NCBI RefSeq assembly: GCF_035285525.1
Contig: NZ_JAYKGW010000128.1
Span: 1 to 32,000 of the forward strand
DNA from: Okeania sp.
Lineage (GTDB): Bacteria; Cyanobacteriota; Cyanobacteriia; Cyanobacteriales; Microcoleaceae
Length of the DNA: 32,000 nt
Reading direction: 5' to 3'
Within the stretch, counting starts at the first letter, position 1, and every line of letters begins with the position of its first letter. The translations under genes and the position numbers were made by a program. The notes under the pieces are model-generated. The model was not told the DNA's origin. It was given only the letters and a program-made list of their open reading frames with translations, and did not search any database. Below, piece after piece: positions 1-7,289 of this stretch.

Positions 1-427
1 CAAAAATAAAAGCTTCTGGTTGATTTTTCTCCACAATTCTGATAGCATCAAACCAAAGTTTTCCTCTAGAATCATCAAAACCCCTTAACTTTCCAGCTAC
101 AGACCAAGGTTGACAAGGAACACCACCAACTATCAGATTGACTTGCCAAGGTAACTCAGAAATTTTGGTAATATCTTCCAAATATTTTTCATCATTATTG
201 ATATATTGATTCAAAAAATTTTGCTGATAAACCTTAATAGCATCCGAGTCAATTTCTGAATATCCTAAACATTTACCTCCTAATTTTTCTAGAGGAATTC
301 TAAATCCACCAATACCTGCAAATAAATCTATAAAAGTAAACCGATATTCAGATATTTGTAAATTAATAGGTTTCTCAAGATTGAAAAAGCTTAATTTGGT
401 TGGAGAATTAATTATCTGACTAGACAT
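1..427 (-). CDS. DNA (cytosine-5)-methyltransferase, N-terminal part; CDS runs off the left edge
   Basis: Own minus-strand translation from ATG (427..425): MSSQIINSPTKLSFFNLEKPINLQISEYRFTFIDLFAGIGGFRIPLEKLGGKCLGYSEIDSDAIKVYQQNF...LIVGGVPCQPWSVAGKLRGFDDSRGKLWFDAIRIVEKNQPEAFIF. Has C5-MTase motif I (DLFAGIGGF) and motif IV (GVPCQPWS). An in-frame TAA lies just upstream of the ATG. Absent from the ORF track because it is edge-truncated. Confidence 0.85.
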   Translation of the reverse strand, partial: MSSQIINSPTKLSFFNLEKPINLQISEYRFTFIDLFAGIGGFRIPLEKLGGKCLGYSEIDSDAIKVYQQNFLNQYINNDEKYLEDITKISELPWQVNLIVGGVPCQPWSVAGKLRGFDDSRGKLWFDAIRIVEKNQPEAFIF

Positions 428-631
428 TAGTTAATTTTTCTGATTATTACTAGGATTAATATTATAGGAATTATATTAAATATTAGATATTTGGTAATTG
501 TAAAATTTTGCACTAAGATTATTGCCGATATAGCTCCTAAATAAGTTGCAACAAATAAAAAACTAGATAAAAAAACTGAAATTCTTACCTGTTCTCTTTT
601 CCCAGTTAAGTGTTCCCTGTTACCTCCATAC

Positions 632-1168
632 CTATTCCCTAAAAGCAGAAGAAATATAATTTTGTAAAATTAGTTGATAACCTCCTAATTCTACAGAATT
701 TCCAATTTCAATAGTTAATTTAGATAGTTGCTCTTGTAGTGATGAACTTATCAGCAAGGGAGAACTATTCTGAATAGAATTACACCTGACTAAAACTACA
801 TCAAATCTACAAGAATAATCTGCTAATTCTGGGCGATCGCTCAAAAAGATTTCTGCGGTTTGCCAAAGTTTAGCCTGCTTTGATTCTGTTACTGCTAGTA
901 AACCATTTTTATCCCAATTACCTCGACTACGAGTTTTTACTTCCACAAATGCTAAGATAGGAAAAATTGGGAATTTTTGACCAGAATTATTTCTTAATGG
1001 AGAAGTTTTCATAGCAATAATATCTAATTCTCCCCAACGACATTGCCACCTTCGATGGAGTATTTGCCAACCTTGTTGAATTAACCATTGTACCACTAAT
1101 TCTTCTCCCAAAATACCTTTGTCAATTTTTGGAGAAATATTAGTTTGACTAGATGAATAAAAGCTCAT
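632..1168 (-). CDS. yraN: YraN family (UPF0102) PD-(D/E)XK-fold protein
   Basis: 178 aa ORF with the typical YraN core: GEELVVQWLIQQGWQILHRRWQCRWGELDIIAM...LAFVEVKTRS...RFDVVLV. Confidence 0.8.
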   Translation of the reverse strand: MSFYSSSQTNISPKIDKGILGEELVVQWLIQQGWQILHRRWQCRWGELDIIAMKTSPLRNNSGQKFPIFPILAFVEVKTRSRGNWDKNGLLAVTESKQAKLWQTAEIFLSDRPELADYSCRFDVVLVRCNSIQNSSPLLISSSLQEQLSKLTIEIGNSVELGGYQLILQNYISSAFRE

Positions 1169-1218
1169 TTTGGTTTATTCTAAATTATGTAAACATTTCC
1201 TGCGGAATGCTACGCAAA

Positions 1219-1372
1219 CAGCAGTCAGTATTCAGCTATCAGCTATTTATTGCTTTTGGTTGTGCGATAAAAGCTTTGTTTGAACCACATCCTTAAGAGT
1301 GGTGTTTGAAGGAGCTAGTATTAAATCTTACTACATTTGTTGAAGTCTTATTGCTGAGAGCTGAATGCTTAC
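1219..1372. repeat. Dispersed intergenic repeat, family B (CAGCAGTCAGTATTYAG ... TTATTGCTGA ... GCTGAATGCTTA)
   Basis: Shares its start, internal GATAAAAGCTTT block and end with 13705..13907. Related fragments occur near 23095-23250 and 24190-24380. Boundaries approximate. Confidence 0.6.
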
Positions 1373-1412
1373 TAAATTATGAACTGCTTAAAGTAAATTA
1401 GCTAGAAGTAAC

Positions 1413-1940
1413 ATGAATTTTAAACAACAAAAAACTTTCCAAATTTTAGTCAGCTTTGTTTGTTCATTAGCATTATATATTGTTGCTATGGGGACGATAA
1501 CTGCCATAACTTTTACTAAGGCAATACCTACTCTAGCTGATGAGTATGACAAACAAATTTTAGTAGGTGTTGATTTTTCTGGTCGAGACTTAACTAATGA
1601 TTCGTTTACTAAATCTATTCTGCGTAAAAGTGACTTGAGCAATTCAAATTTGAGTGGAGTTAGTTTGTTTGGCGCTCATTTAGAAGGAGCTAATTTAGAA
1701 GGAGCTAATCTTAGTTATTCTACTTTAGATAATGCTATTTTTAACAAAGCAAATTTAACTAATGCTATTTTGGAAGGTGCTTTTGCTTTCCATACTCAAT
1801 TTCGTGGTGCAATTATTGATGGAGCAGATTTTACTGATGCTTTTTTACGAGAAGATACTCAAAAAGAGTTATGTAAAATTGCTGAAGGTACGAATCCTAT
1901 TACAGGTAATGAAACAAGAGATACACTCTTTTGTGATTAA
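1413..1940 (+). CDS. Pentapeptide-repeat protein with N-terminal membrane anchor or signal
   Basis: 175 aa. Hydrophobic N-terminus (ILVSFVCSLALYIVAMGTITAI). This is followed by consecutive pentapeptide repeats (DLSNSNLSGVSLFGAHLEGANLEGANLSYSTLDNAIFNKANLTNAILEGA). Confidence 0.85.
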   Translation: MNFKQQKTFQILVSFVCSLALYIVAMGTITAITFTKAIPTLADEYDKQILVGVDFSGRDLTNDSFTKSILRKSDLSNSNLSGVSLFGAHLEGANLEGANLSYSTLDNAIFNKANLTNAILEGAFAFHTQFRGAIIDGADFTDAFLREDTQKELCKIAEGTNPITGNETRDTLFCD

Positions 1941-1983
1941 TTATAATTCAGTTATTTAGCGGTCAATTTTTATAGTCCAGTAG

Positions 1984-2009
1984 GGTGCGTTAATGAAATG
2001 TAACGCACC
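1984..2009. terminator. GGTGCGTTA-N8-TAACGCACC hairpin (repeat family, terminator-like)
   Basis: Perfect 9-bp stem 44 nt after the pentapeptide gene stop. A sibling (TGCGTTA-N8-TAACGCA within GTAGGATGCGTTACATTTAATTAACGCACCG) sits at about 6481-6511 between two convergent genes. Confidence 0.4.
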
Positions 2010-2046
2010 GTTTATATCAAGACAAAGTTTGACAAAAGCTAAGAGC

Positions 2047-2076
2047 AAAAAAAGCCAAGGATTTCAATCCTTGGCT
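2047..2076 (-). terminator. Rho-independent terminator oriented for the minus strand, with no minus-strand ORF upstream
   Basis: Perfect 10-bp stem GCCAAGGATT/AATCCTTGGC (2054-2063 and 2067-2076) with a 3-nt loop. On the minus strand it is followed by a T7 run (A7 at 2047-2053 on plus). Confidence 0.5.
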
Positions 2077-2263
2077 AATAGCTGAAGTCATCTAAAAGAT
2101 GACTAAAATTATCTATAATTAGACATTTCCACGAAAAGAGTAAGGGTTTAACGATGATTATCCCTTATAGGGAAAAAGAATTGATAATTTCTCTGTCAGA
2201 ATTGATTTTATTTTTTATTCTCTGAGATATTTATTGTCTTTATTAGCGATCGCTCAAATCTGG

Positions 2264-2362
2264 TTGACAAAAAAACTTGACATGGTATTATACTTATAAT
2301 GGAGAAGGTGCGCTCAGATATATTCCCATCAATTTGGCTCCAAAAAAACATATTTTCCTATA
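2264..2362 (+). promoter_or_regulatory. Copy 1 of a perfect 99-bp duplicated promoter-like module
   Basis: TTGACAAAAAAACTTGACATGGTATTATACTTATAATGGAGAAGG... Two TTGACA hexamers (2264, 2277) and overlapping -10 candidates: TATTAT at 16-nt spacing, TATACT, and TATAAT at 2295-2300. Identical to 2485..2583. Confidence 0.5.
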
Positions 2363-2484
2363 ACTAATCACAGGAAAAGTTGATGGCTGAAAAAGAAGAA
2401 GTCTGAGCACTGAGTAACTGAAAAATAGAAAGTCTGAATAACTAATCACTAAAAAAGCTGAGCACTGTTAACTGAAAAAGGGGA

Positions 2485-2583
2485 TTGACAAAAAAACTTG
2501 ACATGGTATTATACTTATAATGGAGAAGGTGCGCTCAGATATATTCCCATCAATTTGGCTCCAAAAAAACATATTTTCCTATA
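2485..2583 (+). promoter_or_regulatory. Copy 2 of the perfect 99-bp duplicated promoter-like module
   Basis: By eye 99/99 identical to 2264..2362, offset 221 bp. The DNA between and after the copies is only loosely similar (ACTAATCAC / CTGAAAAA motifs). Confidence 0.5.
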
Positions 2584-2648
2584 GCTGCTAATAACTAAAA
2601 AAGCTGATAACTCAAAAGAGGAAGCTTCATAACTAATAACTAAAAAAG

Positions 2649-2693
2649 CTGATAACTGATAACTGATAACTGATAACTGATAACTGATAACTG
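2649..2693. repeat. Heptanucleotide tandem array (CTGATAA)x6, STRR-type
   Basis: Direct reading. The array ends 8 nt before the ATG of the decayed kinase gene. It explains the spurious ORF 2515..2703 (SVISYQLSVISYQLS). Confidence 0.95.
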
Positions 2694-2701
2694 AAAAACC
2701 C

Positions 2702-4721
2702 ATGCAGTTAGGAAAAGTCTTAGAACGACGTTACAAAATTATTGACATTCTCGGAAGTGGAGCTTTTGGAGATACCTACTTAGCTGAAGACTTACAGTTA
2801 CCAAGAAATCGCAAATGTGTTGTTAAACACCTTAAACCTAAAACTTCAGAGCCAACAGTTTTGCCTATTGTTCAAAGGTTGTTTTAGAAAGAAGCAGAGA
2901 CCTTATATAAATTAGGTACAGACTCAAACGAAATACCAAAATTATTTGCTCATTTCCAGGAAGGAACAGAATTTTACTTAGTACAAGAATCTATAGAAGG
3001 GCACGATATAAGTAAAGAACTGACGCCTGGGAAAAAATTAAGCGAGTCTTACACCACTGCCCTACTCAGAGGAATATGATCAGTATTAGCAGTAGCTCAT
3101 CAAAAAAATATTATCCACCGAGACATTAAACCACAAAATTTGATGCGTCGAAAGTTGGATAACAAAATAGTATTGATAGACTTTGGGGCGGTAAAAGAAA
3201 TAAGTGTAATGACTACCACTCAAGCAAGAACAACAACTTTAACTATCGTAGTGGGAAATCCTGGATATATACCCAGCGAACAGAGCAACGGCAAACCCAG
3301 ATTAAGTAGCGATATTTATGCAGTGGGGATGGTAGAAATAAAACCACTCACCGGAAAGGAACCGAAAGACTTACCAGTAGACCCAAACACAGGAAATATT
3401 CTCTGGCGAAACGAGGCAATAGTAAGTAACTATCTGGCACATATATTTAGATAAGATGGTGCGGGAGTATTTTAAAAAGAGCGTTATAAAAATGCGATGG
3501 AGGTATTAGAGGCGTTAAATATTCAAACTGCTCCACAACCAACACCAGTACTAGCAGTCTCACCTGTATCTAAAACTCCACCCCAGTTTGATAAAACCAG
3601 AAGACAAATATTGACATTAGGAGGTTTGGCAGGAGGTGGGTTTCTGGCAGCTATGTTAACTGAAAGATTTGTGGAGTGGAAGGTCTTCAGAAAATATTTC
3701 TACTTCTGAACCAACAGAAGAAGTTTCTCCAGAAATTATTTCTTCTCCTGAACCAATACCAGAAATTAGCCCTTCTCCCGAACCAGAATTTCCTGTTCAA
3801 ACATTTGCTACTGTCAAAGTTAACAGAAGAGGAGAAATAATCAGTCGATCTGAAGGTAGAGCAGAAGTAATGACAGAAAACGTCGGTGATGGAGTCTCCC
3901 TAGAAATGGTAAAAGTTCCTGGAGGTAGGTTTCTCATGGGTTCTCCAGAGACAGAAGCAGAAAGAAGAGATAATGAAAGTCCGCAACATTATGTAGATGT
4001 GCCAGAATTTTTCATGGGAAAATATCCAGTTACTCAAGCACAGTGGGAAGCGGTTATGGGAAATAATCCTTCTAAGTTTAAAGGTGCAAGTCGCCCTGTA
4101 AACAGAGTAAGTTGGAACGACGCCACAGAGTTTTGTCAGAAACTCTTAGAAAGGACGGGTAAAAAATATGGTTTACCCAGTGAGAGTCAGTGGGAATATG
4201 CTTGTCGAGCCGGAACAACTACACCTTTTTATTTTGGGGAAACTATAACGCCTGAGTTAGTTAACTATAATGGAAATTTTCTTTATGGTGATGCACCGAA
4301 AGGAAAATATCACCAAGAAGCAACAGAGGTGAGAATTTTTCCACCCAATAGTTTTGGTTTGTATGATATGCACGGCAATGTTTGGGAATGGTCTCAGGAT
4401 GTTTGGCATAGTAACTATAATGGAGCGCCTACTGATGGAAGTGCTTGGGAAACTGGAGGAGATAGTTATAGAAGAGTGCTCCGTGGCGGCAGCTTGTACT
4501 ACGATTCTTGGGATTGCCTTTGCGCCAGGCGTCTCAACAACGATGGGGACATCTCCAAGAACGATATGGGGTTTTCCGGTTGTCTCGGTGGTTTCTGTCT
4601 CTCGTTCCTAGAATTATTCCCCTTTATTCTTTTCCTCTTTTCCCCTTTTCCCTCTTTTTCTTTTCTCTTTTTCCTGCCAGACACAGATTTGGCCACGGAT
4701 ACACCGATGAAGATGACCTAA
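2702..4721 (+). pseudogene. Decayed Ser/Thr protein kinase - TM - FGE-sulfatase (formylglycine-generating enzyme family) fusion gene
   Basis: Kinase motifs are spread over ORFs in one frame: GSGAFG glycine loop, VVKHLKP, HRDIKPQN, DFG. In-frame stops interrupt it at 2885 (TAG), 3077 (TGA), 3452 (TAA) and 3473 (TAA). A TM segment (LGGLAGGGFLAAML) follows, then a frameshift near 3669-3709 into the FGE domain (GGRFLMGSP...WEYACRAGT...HGNVWEW...RVLRGGS). The C-terminus is degenerate and runs into a CT-rich repeat. Confidence 0.85.
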
Positions 4722-4972
4722 CCCCCCAGCCCCCTTCCCTTGCAGGGAAGGGGGGGTAAGAGTTTCTCCCCTCTCCTCGTAGGAGAGGGGTTGGGGGAGA
4801 GGTCTCATTCTGTGAAGCACCAAAAAAATCGGCGTAAAAAGGAGATTCTCCTTGCGTCAGCAAAAAAATCATGGTAAGATTATATCATTGGGGTTTGTTC
4901 GTACCTACGCATGACTTTTTATTCAACGCCAGCGCCAGACAGAGATTTGGCCACAGATACACGGATGAATAT
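4683..4972. repeat. Cluster of small palindromic/MITE-like repeats bracketed by a 30-bp direct repeat
   Basis: GATTTGGCCACGGATACACCGATGAA (about 4686) and GATTTGGCCACAGATACACGGATGAA (about 4944) are direct repeats. Between them are GC-rich palindromes (CCCTTCCCTTGCAGGGAAGGGGG; CTCCCCTCTCCTCGTAGGAGAGGGGTTGGGGGAG) and promoter-like module D. Confidence 0.6.
4852..4926 (+). promoter_or_regulatory. Module D: diverged fourth copy of the promoter-leader module of the 25.2-26.0 kb array
   Basis: TTGCGT (4852-4857), 17 nt, TAAGAT (4875-4880), exactly 30 nt, then ATGACTTTTTATTCAA (4911). The leader GGGGTTTGTTCGTACCTACGC resembles GGGGTTGTTCGTCTACAAGC of array unit B. Confidence 0.45.
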
Positions 4973-5002
4973 TTCAGCAATAGAATTAGGAAATTATAAA
5001 TA

Positions 5003-5327
5003 ATGCAAATTAAAATTAATTTACCAGATAAATTAACCGAAAAAGTAGGAGATAAATGGGAAAATTTACAACAAAAGATAATAGCTAATCTTGCATTAGA
5101 AGCTTTTCGAGAAGGACTAATTGATATTGATGAACTAAAACAAAAAAGAACTGCTCAAATTTTTCTCCGATGCCGAACTTATGGAATTTTTCCAACAAAA
5201 TAATATGCTTCATTCTCAGGGAATACTGAATTTATATGGTACTTGTGCCGATATTGATTTAGTAGAAGATAACCAAGGAATTTATGACGAGATAGATGAT
5301 GATTTAGTCGGAGCTTTTAATGAGTAA
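5003..5327 (+). pseudogene. VapB-type antitoxin gene disrupted by a +1 frameshift in an A6 run
   Basis: Frame 1 (5003..5203) gives MQIKINLPDKLTEKVGDKWENLQQKIIANLALEAFREGLIDIDELKQK, then nonsense. After the A6 run (5142-5147) the next frame reads ELLKFFSDAELMEFFQQNNMLHSQGILNLYGTCADIDLVEDNQGIYDEIDDDLVGAFNE and stops at 5325-5327. That stop overlaps the vapC ATG by 8 nt, as is typical of TA operons. Deleting one A restores a 107-aa ORF. Confidence 0.6.
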
Positions 5328-5781
5328 TAATTCTTTAATTTATTTACTAGATACAAATATTTGTATCATGTATTTAAAGGGAAAATATCAAAATATTAAG
5401 AGTCGTATTGATAATTTAGAGATTGAAAAAATAGCCGTTTGTTCCGTAGTAAAAGCAGAACTATTTTATGGAGCTATGAGAAGTAATAATCCTCAAAAAA
5501 GTTTGAATCTGCAAAAATCATTTATATCGCAATTTGTATCTTTACCATTTAATGATTTTTGTACTGAAATTCATGGTAAAATTAGAGCTTATTTAGCTAA
5601 AATCGGAACACCTATTGGTTCAAACGATCTTTTAATTGCCTCTATTGCCTTGGCAAATAATTTAATATTAATGACTCATAATTTAAGAGAATTTAGCCGA
5701 ATTAAAGGATTAAAAATTGAAGACTGGGAAACAGAAGAATTAGTTATTAGCCTTTACAGTTCCCGAAAAATCAGCGAATAG
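5320..5781 (+). CDS. vapC: PIN-domain toxin (VapC family)
   Basis: 153 aa. Has the N-terminal LLDTNICIMYL acidic PIN motif and SNDLLIASIALANNLILMTHN. It overlaps the upstream antitoxin reading frame. Confidence 0.8.
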   Translation: MSNNSLIYLLDTNICIMYLKGKYQNIKSRIDNLEIEKIAVCSVVKAELFYGAMRSNNPQKSLNLQKSFISQFVSLPFNDFCTEIHGKIRAYLAKIGTPIGSNDLLIASIALANNLILMTHNLREFSRIKGLKIEDWETEELVISLYSSRKISE

Positions 5782-6000
5782 TTATCAATTTCATCAATGA
5801 CAAAAAAAGTTGATATTAGTAGTAAACGAACAATTGGAATTTCCCTCACTCGTTGGGGAGAATGGGTGACATAAATTACCAATGTTACCGTCGAATAAAT
5901 AGCTTCTTCAGACTTCCAATGGTTAAGTATTTTCAGTTCTCAGTTATCAGTAACTCTAGCGTAATTATTAATTGTTGAATGCCTTTTATTCCTATTATGA

Positions 6001-6469
6001 AAGGAGGAAGAAAAAAAAGCAGCCCTTAGAAAAGCATTGGAACTTTTACAAGAAGATGAACAACTATTAGAATTAGAAAAATTACTAGCATTTTTTGCTA
6101 CCTTTGTATTAAATAAGCGTTCAGCAGTCAGCAAGATTATTTTTTAACGTTCGAGAAGAGAATTTTAACTAAAAGCCAATAGCTAGCATAATACAACAAA
6201 TAATGAGGTGGGATATCGCAGTATTACAACAATCTCCTTGGTACCAACAAATCTTGCAAGAAGGAATTAATATTAGTCAACAACGAGGTGAAAAAATAGG
6301 AATACTTTCTGGAATAAAAATAGGATTAGAATTAAAATTTGGTGAATCAGGAAAAGAGATATTTTATGAGATTAATACCCTGGAAAATATTCAAGTTTTA
6401 GAAACAATTCTTTCCTCTCTCAAAACTGTAGAAACTATCGAGCAATTACGGCAAATTTATCTTAAATAA
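6001..6469 (+). pseudogene. Remnant of an Rpn-family/DUF4351-like gene (C-terminal part only, frame-broken)
   Basis: Fragment 6001..6147 reads KEEEKKAALRKALELLQEDEQLLELEKLLAFFATFVLNKRSAVSKIIF*. ORF 6203..6469, in another frame, reads (IIQQI)MRWDIAVLQQSPWYQQILQEG...QVLETILSSLKTVETIEQLRQIYLK. I recall this pattern from cyanobacterial putative transposase/Rpn-like proteins. No nuclease N-terminus is present. The family assignment comes from memory only. Confidence 0.4.
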
Positions 6470-6511
6470 AGATAGTTAAGTAGGATGCGTTACATTTAAT
6501 TAACGCACCGC

Positions 6512-7174
6512 TTATCCCAAATATTTATTCTTTGCTTTCTCTTCTCTATTAACTACTTTCTTAGCTAAACTTTTTAAAATACTAAGTACATAATACAAAT
6601 CATTTCCTGGATTAAAGATATCGAATATTCTAGATACAGCATATTGCGATATTTCTCCTTTTACTAATTTAAAAAATCTAAAGCTATTACCATTCAGAAT
6701 TAAACCATAAGTTGCTTGATTAGAATTAGGATTAGCTAACATATAAGTTAGTAATTGTGACTTACCAGCTTCTAGGGAAAAAGCAGCTTGTTTAGATTCG
6801 ATTGCCATTACCCAAATTTGTTCGTATACAACTAATACATCTATCTTTCCTTTGATAATAATTCCTTCATTTTCTAGGGAAATTTTTATAGTTTTTTCTG
6901 ACTTAATGCGGAAAGGAGGAAGGTAGAGATTAGCTAAATCTAATAAAGGAGATAATACTACCATTTTGACAGTATTTTCTAAGATAGGTGGGTCTTCTAA
7001 TAAATTAGAATAGCTGGCTTTTACTCGGTCTAATCTTTCTTTTTCTGCTGCGGATATTTCTGGTAATTTATATTGCCATTCTGGAAAAAAATTATCATTT
7101 TCTACTAACTCTAGGTTGAATTTTTCTTTAAGTTTCTCTAAAGTTATTTCTTGTGCTGATATAGTTTTAACCAT
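6512..7174 (-). CDS. PD-(D/E)XK-like protein (HsdR-N-terminal-like cyanobacterial family), function unknown
   Basis: 220 aa with a D...E-x-K signature (GKIDVLVV...VMAIESKQ) followed by YGLILNGNSFRFFKL. The same core layout is seen in 29045..29656. Confidence 0.65.
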   Translation of the reverse strand: MVKTISAQEITLEKLKEKFNLELVENDNFFPEWQYKLPEISAAEKERLDRVKASYSNLLEDPPILENTVKMVVLSPLLDLANLYLPPFRIKSEKTIKISLENEGIIIKGKIDVLVVYEQIWVMAIESKQAAFSLEAGKSQLLTYMLANPNSNQATYGLILNGNSFRFFKLVKGEISQYAVSRIFDIFNPGNDLYYVLSILKSLAKKVVNREEKAKNKYLG

Positions 7175-7209
7175 GATTTGTTAATAAGTAATTGTGCAAA
7201 ATAAATTTT

Positions 7210-7285
7210 GTAGGCTTAGGTTGGGTTGAGGTACGAAACCCAACAATAGTAAAGTGCGTTTTGGGCTGAACGGAGTGAAACCCAA
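7210..7285. repeat. Two copies of the GGTTGGGTT...AACCCAAC palindromic repeat
   Basis: GTTGGGTTGAGGTACGAAACCCAAC, and GTGAAACCCAACC with its partner GGGCTGAACGGA. This is a hairpin-forming element common in Nostoc-type intergenic DNA. It lies between two minus-strand genes. Confidence 0.6.
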
Positions 7286-7289
7286 CCTA

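Noticed and set aside
1-1168. YraN plus C5 methyltransferase as a novel restriction-modification pair
   Set aside because: The YraN sequence looks like the ordinary conserved UPF0102 housekeeping family, including what I recall as the cyanobacterial C-terminal extension. There is a 204-bp gap with no operon signature. Adjacency alone is insufficient.
2515-2703. 62-aa minus-strand ORF (SVISYQLSVISYQLS...)
   Set aside because: It is a translation of the CTGATAA heptamer array and the duplicated 99-bp module, a classic repeat artefact.
4354-4872. Five overlapping ORFs on both strands at the 3' end of the kinase-FGE pseudogene
   Set aside because: They are translations of the CT-rich array and the GC-rich palindromic repeats (PSLQGKGAGGLG and GEGLGER type peptides), and they overlap one another.
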